Shown: positions 8,636 to 18,645 of the stretch, piece by piece
Layout of the letters: each line of letters starts with the position of its first letter
Position numbering within the stretch: the first letter of the stretch is position 1
NCBI GenBank assembly: GCA_965195285.1
Contig: CBDAFS010000061.1
Coordinates: 12,458-76,457, forward strand
Direction: 5' to 3'
DNA from: an uncultured Aminicenantes bacterium
Lineage (GTDB): Bacteria > Acidobacteriota > Aminicenantia > UBA2199
DNA: 64,000 nt
The notes under the pieces: generated by a model
What the model was told of the DNA's origin: nothing
Database searches by the model: none
The model's input: the letters and a program-made list of their open reading frames with translations, nothing else
Position numbers and translations under genes: made by a program

Positions 8636-8654
8636 TTTGTTAAGGCCTGTCCCC
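8636..8654 (-). repeat. Array site 9 (GGGGACAGGCCTTAACAAA)
   Basis: Last recognisable copy of the direct-repeat family. Confidence 0.75.
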
Positions 8655-8697
8655 TTCTTGCTTTTGACAAAATCACATTTTTCATTTATATAGTTAA

Positions 8698-9492
8698 ATG
8701 GAATCCTTTTTTATTTTAAAAGTCCTGGTATCCTTCATTGCAGCCGGGATATGGATCGGCAGCGTCACCCTCATTGCCGAAAGACTCGGCAGCAAACGGG
8801 GCGGCCTCATAGCCAACCTCCCCTCCACTGTCCTGATTGCTCTGGTATTTGTGGGACTGGTCAACGATGCCGGATTTGCTGCCCTGGCCACCCGGGCCGT
8901 ACCGGTCGGAATGACCATTGATACAATTTTTTTGATGGTGTTTATCATCCTGCTGAAGAAAAGTCTGGTGACAGCCGTGCTGCTTTCCCTCTCAACCTGG
9001 ATGGTTCTGGCATATACAGCCGGACAGATTCATTGCAGCAGCATGGTCTTCACTATCCTTGTTTATTTTCTGGTGGCAATAACCTCATTTTTAATTCTGG
9101 AATACAGATTTGAAATCCCGTCCAAAGGAAAAAGTCGGAAAAAATTCACTCCTATAAATTCCATGGTGAGGGCCCTGTTTGCCGGCAGTGTGGTGGCCGG
9201 TACCACCATCATCTCTGCCTTTGCCGGCACCTACTGGGTCGGACTGTTTTCCACTTTTCCGGCTGTCATGCTATCCACCATGGTTATTTTAACACTGAAT
9301 CAGGGTAAGGCCTTTGCCCGGGCAACCGGAAAAGTCATGATCCTGGCTTCAACCAATATTATCATCTATGCCCTGGGTGTATCCATCACCTACCCTTTGC
9401 TGGGCATTACCCTCGGAACCATTATTTCCTTTGTTTTCTCATTCTTCTGGGTATTGTTGCTGCACCCGCTGATCAATAAAATCATCAAATAA
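8698..9492 (+). CDS. Multi-TM membrane protein (DUF3147-like)
   Basis: GGLIANLPST and GLFSTFPAV duplicated motifs; ~8 TM. Confidence 0.6.
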   Translation: MESFFILKVLVSFIAAGIWIGSVTLIAERLGSKRGGLIANLPSTVLIALVFVGLVNDAGFAALATRAVPVGMTIDTIFLMVFIILLKKSLVTAVLLSLSTWMVLAYTAGQIHCSSMVFTILVYFLVAITSFLILEYRFEIPSKGKSRKKFTPINSMVRALFAGSVVAGTTIISAFAGTYWVGLFSTFPAVMLSTMVILTLNQGKAFARATGKVMILASTNIIIYALGVSITYPLLGITLGTIISFVFSFFWVLLLHPLINKIIK

Positions 9493-9541
9493 TAATTTGT
9501 ATTTGTTTGAAAATCATATATATTATTTAGTGGAGGGAAAC

Positions 9542-9949
9542 ATGAAAAGGAAATTATGGATTATGTTAATGATTATTCCCTTGCTGGCATTCCTGTTTCA
9601 GGCCGGATGCAAAACCGAGGAAGAGACCATAACCGAAGCCCAGTATGACATCACCGGCACCTGGCAGGTGACTACAACCTGGACATCACTGGATGTAACC
9701 CTGGCTAATCCTCCCGGCACCTATGCCATTACTTTCGAGGGAAGTGTTACCAACGGGATATTTTCAACCAGCAATAATGAAACCGGAATCTATCTGGTAA
9801 TCGGTACGGTGGTTCAATGGATATTTTCTTATGGCGCTGTTTACACCGGAAATTTTACCGATGACTCCACAATGACGGGTGAAATGGTAGGCAATTACGG
9901 TGCCACCGGCACCTGGAATGCCGTCAAATCAAACCAGAGTACATTATAA
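9542..9949 (+). CDS. Small lipoprotein of the 'DITGTW' family
   Basis: RBS GGAGGG; lipobox FQAGC-KTEEE; YDITGTW...GTWNAVK. Confidence 0.7.
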   Translation: MKRKLWIMLMIIPLLAFLFQAGCKTEEETITEAQYDITGTWQVTTTWTSLDVTLANPPGTYAITFEGSVTNGIFSTSNNETGIYLVIGTVVQWIFSYGAVYTGNFTDDSTMTGEMVGNYGATGTWNAVKSNQSTL

Positions 9950-12088
9950 TCCCATTTCTTTTAAAATATGCCCGGCATTGGCAAACTTTTCAGTGATAAA
10001 CATTACAAAACGGATGTCCACCGAGATGGTTCTCTGTAATTGTTCATCGTATTGCCAGTCACTATTCATGGCCTCATAATTCCCGTCAAAGGCAATTCCG
10101 ACCAGTTCACCCCGGGCATTGAGTACCGGGCTGCCGCTGTTTCCACCGGTAATATCACAGACATGCAGAAAGGCAACCGGGATATCATTCACATTCGCTG
10201 CAGCCCATTTTCCAAAATCCTTTTTGGCATAGAGGTCTTTGAGTTTATCCGGTACGATAAAGGGATCTTTACCGGTTTCCTTTTCCAGAATCCCCCCTAT
10301 CAGGGTAAACGGATCATGGTATACCGCATCACGGGGTGAATATCCTTCAACCTTTCCATAGGTGAAGCGGATGGTCCGGTTGGCATCCGGGTACATCCCA
10401 GCGCCCTTCCAGGCATACAGGGCTTCGATGTACTGTTTTCTCAGGGCGGTTATCCTGGCCCCGAAAGCTTCATTCCTCTTCTTAATGACCTCGCATTCCG
10501 GATAAATACGGCGGGCCAGATCCAGTAACGGATCATTCAGGGCTTCGATTTCCTTGGAACTTTTTTGGAACAGTGTTTTGACAAATTCCACATCCTTTAA
10601 TTTGGTTTTCGCATAGGCGGCTTCGATGAATTGATCGATGCTGATATCCCTGTTTTTGAAAATGAAATCCAGTCCCTTGATCCGTTTGGCTTCATCCAGT
10701 TCGGCCATGAGCTTCAATGATCTTTTCAGCAGGGCCTTATCTGCCGGTTCATAGTAACTCAGGTACCTGAAATGCAAACGGTCGGCCTTACGTTTGATAT
10801 CCCTTTCGGAAAAATAGGGGTCGCGGTCTGCCAGCGGTTTTTCCCGTTCCCGGATAATATAATATAGAGATTTGGCAATACCGGCCATGTCACCGCTCAG
10901 GTAATCAAAAAGGCCCAGGGCATCGTCATGATCGCGGTTGGCCTGAAGCCCCTGGTACAGGGCTCTGATATCGGTTAAAATATGGCCATATTTCTTCTGG
11001 AGCTTTTTATCTGCTTTTAAAAAGTTGGACAGCTGGTTTTCAAACAGTAATTTTTTGTCCAGAAACCGGCTCTTTTTCATTCCGTCTACCCGTCCCTGGA
11101 AATTTTTAAGCCCATTGTTCAACCCCTTGATGAAGTTGGCCACTTTCATCCGGGCATTGATCGAATCCTGGGCAAAAGATTCCAGGATATCAATAGTTTC
11201 CTGAAAGAGTTTAATGGAACGGGGATAGGAAAAACTAAAATTGTAATCGACTGAATTCGAGGTCCGGTAGCGGGTGGTACCGCCTGGATAACCGATGATA
11301 AAGGTCATGTCCCCTTTCTGGAGTCCCCGGGCAGCCACCTTCAGCCAGAATTTGGATTTATAGGGAATATTTGCTTCATGGAATTTCCGTCCGGTACCGT
11401 CAGGAGCCATGTAGATACGCATGAAAGAAAAATCACCGGTATGACGGGGCCACATCCAGTTGTCGATATCACCTCCATAATTACCGATGGCTGCAGGCGG
11501 AACATAAACCACACGGACATCATCAAATCGCTTGTGCACAAACAGGATATACTGTTTACCATTAAACATCTCCGCCACTTTGGCCGAGATATCCGTATGC
11601 TCCTTCTCAATTTCATCGGTAATGGCCTTGATATGGCGATCAATGGCCTTCTGTCTTTTCTCCGGGTCCCCGATCTTTTGAAACGCCAAGAATTCAGAAG
11701 TAACTTCCCTCATGTCCTCCAGAATATAAGCTGAATATCCAGGCGCTTCTATCTCTTCTTCTCTGGTTTTGGCCAGGTAGCCACTGGTAATCAGATCGGT
11801 CTCCTTAATCCGGGCAGATGCCCGCTGAACAGCCGTAAAGGCCACATGGTGGTTGGTCAATAACAAACCATCCGAAGATACCAGTTCGGCAGTACCCCCT
11901 CCCAGCAGGACAATGGCCTGAGTAAGGCAGGGCTTGTCCGGACTGTATATCTGTTCAACCGGGACCTGGATACCCTTGCTGCCCAGGTCAAGGCCTTTCA
12001 ACTGGGTTAATAACCACATTCCTTCCTCTGCACAGATAAAAACACTGAGGATAAAAATTAATAGCAGTATGATAACACTTTTCTTCAT
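9944..12088 (-). CDS. S46 family dipeptidyl peptidase (DPP7/DPP11-like)
   Basis: AEEGMWL N-terminus, LTNHHVA, DNWMWPRHTGDF, DITGGNSGSPV. Confidence 0.95.
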   Translation of the reverse strand: MKKSVIILLLIFILSVFICAEEGMWLLTQLKGLDLGSKGIQVPVEQIYSPDKPCLTQAIVLLGGGTAELVSSDGLLLTNHHVAFTAVQRASARIKETDLITSGYLAKTREEEIEAPGYSAYILEDMREVTSEFLAFQKIGDPEKRQKAIDRHIKAITDEIEKEHTDISAKVAEMFNGKQYILFVHKRFDDVRVVYVPPAAIGNYGGDIDNWMWPRHTGDFSFMRIYMAPDGTGRKFHEANIPYKSKFWLKVAARGLQKGDMTFIIGYPGGTTRYRTSNSVDYNFSFSYPRSIKLFQETIDILESFAQDSINARMKVANFIKGLNNGLKNFQGRVDGMKKSRFLDKKLLFENQLSNFLKADKKLQKKYGHILTDIRALYQGLQANRDHDDALGLFDYLSGDMAGIAKSLYYIIREREKPLADRDPYFSERDIKRKADRLHFRYLSYYEPADKALLKRSLKLMAELDEAKRIKGLDFIFKNRDISIDQFIEAAYAKTKLKDVEFVKTLFQKSSKEIEALNDPLLDLARRIYPECEVIKKRNEAFGARITALRKQYIEALYAWKGAGMYPDANRTIRFTYGKVEGYSPRDAVYHDPFTLIGGILEKETGKDPFIVPDKLKDLYAKKDFGKWAAANVNDIPVAFLHVCDITGGNSGSPVLNARGELVGIAFDGNYEAMNSDWQYDEQLQRTISVDIRFVMFITEKFANAGHILKEMGL

Positions 12089-12189
12089 GTTTTCTCCTTT
12101 TTTTTTTCATGTAAAGGTGTAGTATACACCAAGCGTGGAGTAGTCTAACATCAAACCAATACATTTTTTCTTTGTTCGGGTGAATTGGT

Positions 12190-12561
12190 TCAAGTGTAGG
12201 GAAGGTAAGGAGACAGGCTGACCCTGATTTTTTTAATATCACCGGCTTTCAGATTGGTTCTGCTGCCAACCACCTTGCATTTCCATATTTTCTGGTCTTT
12301 GAACTGTAAAGCCAGATGTTTTACCTGATAGCCGCTTTTCCACAACAGCTTGTCCCCACGGAAACACCTGAAGATGATGAAGTGGTTTTCCGGGATTTCC
12401 TCCCGGGGTTCGATCAAGCAATAAATCACATCTCCCTCGGTTTTCAGGGAGACCTTGGCCAGATCGGTTAGTTTTTTTTCAGCGTCCAGTTTAACCCCGC
12501 AACCGGAAAGCAAGAGTGAAAAACAAATCATAGCTGCAACCAATACCCGAGTGGCATTCAT
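12190..12561 (-). CDS. Hypothetical lipoprotein
   Basis: RBS GGAGG before MNATRV; lipobox LLSGC. Confidence 0.55.
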   Translation of the reverse strand: MNATRVLVAAMICFSLLLSGCGVKLDAEKKLTDLAKVSLKTEGDVIYCLIEPREEIPENHFIIFRCFRGDKLLWKSGYQVKHLALQFKDQKIWKCKVVGSRTNLKAGDIKKIRVSLSPYLPYT

Positions 12562-12590
12562 GACCCCTCCGTGGGATGGTTTATCCGCCA

Positions 12591-14069
12591 TCATGACTGC
12601 AGGCCATTTAGAGCTGCAGCAAAGTTTTCAAAATATGCACTCTGGGGAAAAAGGCTCTGAAAGATCGACGGTGCGATCGCCAGGGTATCCTCGGCTGACA
12701 GGCAGTATTCCATCTTTTGAAAACGGCTGCGGTATTCGGCGACGTCCTCCCCTCGGGAGCGGTTGTGGATTACCACATCGGCCAGCATCCGGCTCAGTTC
12801 ATCAAAATCGCCTTCCTTCATGCCGAACCGAGTCATTTCCGAAACTCCCATCCGGATACCACTGGGATGATAGAAGGTTTCATCATCCGGCAGGGCTTGG
12901 TAATTGGTCACAATGTTATTTTTCTCCAGCCGGTTGGCGATTTCTTTTCCATCTCCGTGATCCGATACCCGAATCACCACCTGATGGGTTGTGGTGAAAC
13001 CATCATCTTCACCGCCCTCTACCGCAATACCGTTTTGGGCCAGAGCAGCTGCAAAGGCCCGGGCATTGGAAACCACCTGTTTCTGATACTGGTCTTTAAA
13101 ATGGTTCATCTCCATGGTGGCAACCAGAAAAGCCAGCAGGGTTCCCAGGTGATGATTGCTAGTAGAGCCGGGGAAAGCCCGGGAATTTATTTCCAGCCAG
13201 AGTTTCCGCAAAGGGCTCTCCTTGGGCATATTGGCAGCAATGACACCCCTTTGGGGCCCGAAAAAAGTCTTATGGGTAGAGCCTGTGACCAGGTCAGCCC
13301 CTTCGGCCAGCGGGTCCTGGAAATGGGGACCCAGAATGCCCATCACATGGGCGGCATCATACATGATGACCGGCCGGTAGCCATCGGTATTCTGAACCAG
13401 GTCATGCAGTTGGGCAATGGGCTCCGGATGCAAAAACATGCTTTTCCCGAATACCACCAGCGGCGGCCGGTGCTGGTCCACCAGGTCCAGCATCTGGTCG
13501 GCGTCTATCTTATAGGAATTGCTTTCAACCAGGGGAAAATTAACGACATCTCCTTCCACATAATTGAACAGGGCTCCAAAAGGCTGGGCACTCAGGTGTC
13601 CGCCGTAATTCAGATGGTTGTTCATAACGGTCGCCATTCGAGCCGTATCGGTTAAGCGGGGAAATCCTTCCTTGGCCCGGCTCAAAAATTTAACCATGGC
13701 TTTAAATACCACTTCGTTGGCCATCTGGCCGCTGATAGGGCGGACCTCTACTTCAGAAGCACGGATATATTTGCCAAACTCCTTTTTTAGTTTCTCTTCG
13801 ACCTCAAATATCAGATCGGTTCCCTGATAGTAGTAAATTTGATTGCCTTTCAGGACACCGGCACCGCTCAGGGCTTCCCGCTCTTTTTTCATGGCAGTTT
13901 TATGCTCGGCATAGCGGCCCGAGGGATCACTGATCTCACAGAGTTTTACCAGCAGAGTGGGTGTATTTTCTGAAGGAATCAGATTGAAACACCTCCTCTG
14001 GCGCCAGAGATTGTTTTCCACCACCTTCTGGCCCAGATCCTGCAAATCTTTCTTTAAATCATTCATCAT
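12591..14069 (-). CDS. glyA: Serine hydroxymethyltransferase-like PLP enzyme (archaeal/atypical type)
   Basis: NLIPSEN, GGHLS, YDAAH, GSTHKTFFGPQRG (PLP lysine), SGIRMG. Confidence 0.75.
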   Translation of the reverse strand: MMNDLKKDLQDLGQKVVENNLWRQRRCFNLIPSENTPTLLVKLCEISDPSGRYAEHKTAMKKEREALSGAGVLKGNQIYYYQGTDLIFEVEEKLKKEFGKYIRASEVEVRPISGQMANEVVFKAMVKFLSRAKEGFPRLTDTARMATVMNNHLNYGGHLSAQPFGALFNYVEGDVVNFPLVESNSYKIDADQMLDLVDQHRPPLVVFGKSMFLHPEPIAQLHDLVQNTDGYRPVIMYDAAHVMGILGPHFQDPLAEGADLVTGSTHKTFFGPQRGVIAANMPKESPLRKLWLEINSRAFPGSTSNHHLGTLLAFLVATMEMNHFKDQYQKQVVSNARAFAAALAQNGIAVEGGEDDGFTTTHQVVIRVSDHGDGKEIANRLEKNNIVTNYQALPDDETFYHPSGIRMGVSEMTRFGMKEGDFDELSRMLADVVIHNRSRGEDVAEYRSRFQKMEYCLSAEDTLAIAPSIFQSLFPQSAYFENFAAALNGLQS

Positions 14070-14203
14070 TCGTCTCCGTTATTGGTTTGGATGATTTATC
14101 TCACCATGATCAATCTGTAATATAAACCAGAAACAGGTATAATACAAGACCTCAGCAGGTGTTTGCTGCCCGCATATAATGTTTTAGACCCGACCGTTTT
14201 TTT

Positions 14204-14791
14204 CTACCGGCAGCGTTTCCAATCCGTACTGTGGTATAAGGATTCGAGTTCTTTCCAGAAATCATTCATGTCACAGGTCATAATCAGCAGGGCCTGGGTA
14301 TTGTCATCCTGATCCTGGATATATTTGGGGGTCAGGCATTCCTCTCTGAAACCCAGTTTCTTCAAGATTTTAACCGCCCCGGTCTGGGGTTTCATCATCT
14401 TGGCAATCACTTTCTTCACATCGTGCTGTGCTGCTATCAGGTAAAGTTCACGGTTCATGATCAAACCCAGCCCTCTTCGCTGATACGGGCTGGATACGAT
14501 TACCCTTAATTCGGCATGATGCTTATTTATCCAGTCATCAACATGAAGCTCCAGGGCCCCGCTTGCAACAATTTGACCATCTTTTAAAGCCACGATCCGA
14601 AAAAAATTACCACTGCGGATCTGCTTGATTCTTTCCTTTATCAGATTATCATCGGTTACATTGATTCTCAGATATTTCCGGTCGTTTGGAGGCAGTGAAC
14701 GGAAAAACTTCATGTAATTCTCCAGATCATCCATGGTGATATTTCGAACGGTGATTTCAGCACCATCCTTTAAAATTTCCTTTTTATCCAT
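14204..14791 (-). CDS. GNAT family N-acetyltransferase
   Basis: VSSPYQRRGLG acetyl-CoA motif A, LKKLGF; RBS GGAGG before MDKKE. Confidence 0.85.
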   Translation of the reverse strand: MDKKEILKDGAEITVRNITMDDLENYMKFFRSLPPNDRKYLRINVTDDNLIKERIKQIRSGNFFRIVALKDGQIVASGALELHVDDWINKHHAELRVIVSSPYQRRGLGLIMNRELYLIAAQHDVKKVIAKMMKPQTGAVKILKKLGFREECLTPKYIQDQDDNTQALLIMTCDMNDFWKELESLYHSTDWKRCR

Positions 14792-15014
14792 AACAACTAC
14801 CTCCTTGTTAATCCACTTCAATTCAGATTGGATCAATTTGAAATGTTGAATCGCAATAAACAACAGAAAACCAGTCCCCAGTCTATAAAAAATATAATAT
14901 GATAAACTCATACTGTCAACTTTTTTTCTTTCAACATATTCATGAAATTATTAAAACCAGGAGTTTGATCTGATGACTTGCGGATCTGGAGCCAGAAGAA
15001 TAACCGGTGAGGAA

Positions 15015-18000
15015 TCAGGAAGTTGTGACCCGACTGCTCAGTTCATTGTGAATTTCAGCCACATTCCGGAATTTGGGATTTTTTTTCATGATTTCTCTTA
15101 CAATACTCAGGGCGGCCTTAAAATCCTCTTTCATCTTATAGGTGACCACCAGCTCATACTTGATGGCCAGATATTCTTCTTCCAACCGATCAGGCGCCTC
15201 GAGTGCTTTGAAAAGCCAGCTGACCGCATCATCATATATGCCCTTTTCTCTGAAACAGATTCCCAGCAGACCTGCTGAGTCAAAGTATTTAAGGGGATGC
15301 TTGGCTGAGATCTGAAACTCATGAATGGCTTCTTCGATCAATCCCATCTCTTTATAGGCGATACCCAGATTATAACGGGTATCGTAATCTTCCTGTCCGA
15401 TCTTTTCCTCTACTCCACGCTTAAATTCATCGAAGATCTCCATCATGTTTTTTTCAACGGTGGAGGTTCTCTGTTTTTCAACTTCCCCCACCCAGAACTC
15501 AATGGAATCCAGTTCGTCCCTGGAAACCTTTTCTATCTCAAAAAAGTCATCATCATCCAGCAACAGTGCGCCTTCGAAAACGTCATCCCTCCTGTCTAAA
15601 GCAATATCCGACTGATCCATGTCCTGAAAGGTTGAATCAATCTGGACCTCGAATTCCGTTTTGGCAGATTTCTCGGTTGGGGCAGCTTTGCTGCCCTCTT
15701 CCAGAATACTTTCAATATCCAGGAGTTCGTTCTCAACCGACTTTTCCTTTTCCTCACTCAATTCGATAAAACCGGGACCGGAGGGTTCTTTGGAAACGAT
15801 CTTGTTGTCTTCACCCAGTTCGAACAAATCTTCACTGGATGATAAAAAACCGCTATCGGTCGTTTCTTTTGACTCCACTGAAGGCGACTGAATGATCTTG
15901 TCCTTGTCGATTTCGAACAGAGGCAGATCATCCGCTTCTTCGGGTTCATCCATTTCGATTTCAATATTAAGATCGTCAATATCCGCATGTTCGGATTCTT
16001 TCACCTTAATATCTTCCTCACGGTCCAGTTTGTTTTTCGCTGTCATGCTTTTGGAATCTTCTTGCTCCTGAATCATCTGACTCTCTTCAACCAGGGATGA
16101 TTTAATGTTAAAAAGACCATCGTGGCTTTCAAAAGATTCCTGGACCCCATTCATACGCACCTGCTTGAGTTTTTCCATCCTCTCAACCAGTCCCTGGTTA
16201 TCGGGATAGGACTCCCTCAGTTTTTCAATCAGTTTTTCTGCGTCTCCAAAATAGCCATCATTTATATAAAAATCAAGTTCGGTAAAAACAGAGGAAAGGT
16301 TGGTTGAGTCCTCTTTTTCAACCCCGCTGTCAGAGTCAGATTTCAAATCCTCAGGCTCGAGTTCAGGGGGTGCCGGTTTTTTTTTTGTTCCCAGCATGCT
16401 GTCTTCCTCAGAAAGCACCAGTATATCCTTGAGATCATCCATTTCGTCCGGCATGCCAATCTCTTTCAGGCTGGGATCACTGATTTCGTTCATGTTGTCC
16501 TTCAAATCCTCTTTATCAAAAACAATATCAATACTGGTTTTTTCCTCCCCCGCATATTCAGCCAGTCTGACATCATCCGGTCTGAAGGTGTATAATTTTT
16601 CCAGCAATTTCTTAAACTCATCTTGATTATCTTTCGATTTGTAGATTTTCAACAGATCAATGCCCCCAGCCATCAGGGAATCAACATCATTGGAAATCTG
16701 ATAGACGTCGAATAATTTCAAATGAACATCAATATTGTTGGGGAAGGTGGAGGCCGTCTTTTTTAAAATATCAATGGCTTTATCGTAATCGCTCTCGGTA
16801 ATGGCTTCCTCGACCACCCTGAGGTTGAAATTGATAAGCTCCCTCTCACGTTCACCCTCACTTTCCTCATCGTACGGGGCAGCTTCCTTTCCGGTGATCC
16901 GGGCCAATTGTTCCTGATAGGTAAAAGAAGAATCGGATAGCTCAATAAGTTCTTCCAAGATTTTGATCAGTTCCTCTTTCATCTCCTTTTGCTCATAGAC
17001 CGGAATCAGAGATTCGTAAAGAGCGATCAGATTGTTCTGCTTACCACTGATCTTGAAAATAGAGGCCAGTTTTTTCAGCGCCGGGATATAGGAGTTGTTG
17101 CTTGCGATAATAAATCGAAGCATTGAAGTGGCATCCTCGTATTTTTTTTCTTTAACATGGGTTTCCACCACCGGGAGAAACAATTCATAGGTTTTGTCAT
17201 ACTCATTTCGCTGCATATAAACCCGTCCCAATTTCATGACAATTTCGGTTTCACCGGTACTGAGTTCAGTAACTTTTTTTAATATTTTTTCGGCTTCGTC
17301 TATTTGATTGTTCCTGAAATACAATTCACCAAGTGATTTCAACAGGTCAACATTCTTGAATAAATCCGAGCCCAGGCTTTTCAGCAGTTCAATGGCTGCT
17401 TTGTCATTTCCCCTGCTGGTGTAACAATTAATGAGCTTTTCGACCACCTTGATACTTTTTATTTGTCGGGAGGTGCTCAGAAGTAATTCTTCCGCTTTTT
17501 GAAAATCCTTTTTATGCATCAGAATATCGGCAGCAGTTATATATTCAATGACCGCATTATCTTCCAGTCCTTCCCTGCAATAATTATCCGCCAGCAATAG
17601 CCTCATCTTTATGTTGTTTCGATCAAACTCGAGTATTTTTTTATACATGTCCAGGGCTTTTTTATGATTGTTCTTTCTTTTGTTTTCCTCGGCAAGATCG
17701 AGATAGATTTGTTTGGCTTCAATGATCAGGCCCTGCTTGGTATACAATTCGGCCAGTTTGACCGAAACCCCTTCATAATTTGGGTTGATCCGGGTTATAC
17801 GCTTATACATGGCAATGGCTTTGGCAAAAAAGCCCTCTTTTAAAAAATAATCCGCGATCCATTCAAATTGATCGACCGCTCCGGGGAGATTATTCTGTTT
17901 GAGTTGCAGATCCCCGATAATTCTTCTGATTTCCAGATCATTGGGTTTGATACCCAGTATTTTTTTGTATTCCTTTATGGCTGAATCAATTTTTCCCTGG

Positions 18001-18053
18001 CGGAATAATTTATTGGCGGTTTTTAAAATAACTAATCTATTTTCCTTTGCCAT
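15015..18053 (-). CDS. Large TPR protein with acidic linker and C-terminal TPR domain (SgmX/FimV-like architecture)
   Basis: N-terminal TPR array, long D/E-rich region, C-terminal DYDTRYNLGIAYKEMGL. Confidence 0.75.
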   Translation of the reverse strand: MAKENRLVILKTANKLFRQGKIDSAIKEYKKILGIKPNDLEIRRIIGDLQLKQNNLPGAVDQFEWIADYFLKEGFFAKAIAMYKRITRINPNYEGVSVKLAELYTKQGLIIEAKQIYLDLAEENKRKNNHKKALDMYKKILEFDRNNIKMRLLLADNYCREGLEDNAVIEYITAADILMHKKDFQKAEELLLSTSRQIKSIKVVEKLINCYTSRGNDKAAIELLKSLGSDLFKNVDLLKSLGELYFRNNQIDEAEKILKKVTELSTGETEIVMKLGRVYMQRNEYDKTYELFLPVVETHVKEKKYEDATSMLRFIIASNNSYIPALKKLASIFKISGKQNNLIALYESLIPVYEQKEMKEELIKILEELIELSDSSFTYQEQLARITGKEAAPYDEESEGERERELINFNLRVVEEAITESDYDKAIDILKKTASTFPNNIDVHLKLFDVYQISNDVDSLMAGGIDLLKIYKSKDNQDEFKKLLEKLYTFRPDDVRLAEYAGEEKTSIDIVFDKEDLKDNMNEISDPSLKEIGMPDEMDDLKDILVLSEEDSMLGTKKKPAPPELEPEDLKSDSDSGVEKEDSTNLSSVFTELDFYINDGYFGDAEKLIEKLRESYPDNQGLVERMEKLKQVRMNGVQESFESHDGLFNIKSSLVEESQMIQEQEDSKSMTAKNKLDREEDIKVKESEHADIDDLNIEIEMDEPEEADDLPLFEIDKDKIIQSPSVESKETTDSGFLSSSEDLFELGEDNKIVSKEPSGPGFIELSEEKEKSVENELLDIESILEEGSKAAPTEKSAKTEFEVQIDSTFQDMDQSDIALDRRDDVFEGALLLDDDDFFEIEKVSRDELDSIEFWVGEVEKQRTSTVEKNMMEIFDEFKRGVEEKIGQEDYDTRYNLGIAYKEMGLIEEAIHEFQISAKHPLKYFDSAGLLGICFREKGIYDDAVSWLFKALEAPDRLEEEYLAIKYELVVTYKMKEDFKAALSIVREIMKKNPKFRNVAEIHNELSSRVTTS

Positions 18054-18645
18054 TTTTCCATTTAAAACTTTTTCGATGAAAATAAGTTTTCGCCCTTAAT
18101 GATATCATATTTAAATGTTTTTGGGTAGGATATCCCTTATTATTTTCAAATTGGAAATCAGGGAAAAACCTTGAAAAATCGACCATTAATTGATCCCGGA
18201 ACACCTTTGCGATGATGGAGGCCGCTGCAATGGACAAACTGATATTATCCCCTTTTATAATACCCCTGCCCTTGATTTTCAGAAAATCCGGGTTCAGGCT
18301 ATCCACCAGCACATAATCGGGCCTGACATGCATCTTTTTAATTGCCATCTGCATTGATTTTTTTGTGGCCTCAACAATGTTGATCCGGTCGATATCATCA
18401 TTCCAGCACCAGCCAATCGAGTAATCCAGTGAGTCCCGGTAAATATCAGAAGCCATTTTAATTCTTTTGGCGGGGCTCAATTTTTTTGAGTCTTTTATTT
18501 CAAAATTCAACCGTTCTGGATTTAAAATGACTGCCCCGGAGACCACCGGACCGAACATGGCTCCCCTCCCCACTTCATCAAGGCCGCATATATATCTGTA
18601 TTTTAATTTCTGTAATCCGCTTTCAATCTCATAATCGCACATCAC
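18037..18645 (-). CDS. rnhB: Ribonuclease HII
   Basis: [35 protein letters not shown]. Confidence 0.95.
   Translation of the reverse strand: MMCDYEIESGLQKLKYRYICGLDEVGRGAMFGPVVSGAVILNPERLNFEIKDSKKLSPAKRIKMASDIYRDSLDYSIGWCWNDDIDRINIVEATKKSMQMAIKKMHVRPDYVLVDSLNPDFLKIKGRGIIKGDNISLSIAAASIIAKVFRDQLMVDFSRFFPDFQFENNKGYPTQKHLNMISLRAKTYFHRKSFKWKNGKGK

Noticed and set aside
196-8654. CRISPR array or classical integron (attC) reading of the repeats
   Set aside because: Spacing is irregular (85 bp to ~1.6 kb) and includes whole genes; no cas or intI gene is in the window; I could not see consistent RYYYAAC...GTTRRRY attC ends.
12717-13655. 312-aa + strand ORF (and the other antisense ORFs in the track)
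   Set aside because: Shadow frames opposite well-supported genes, with no recognisable motifs.
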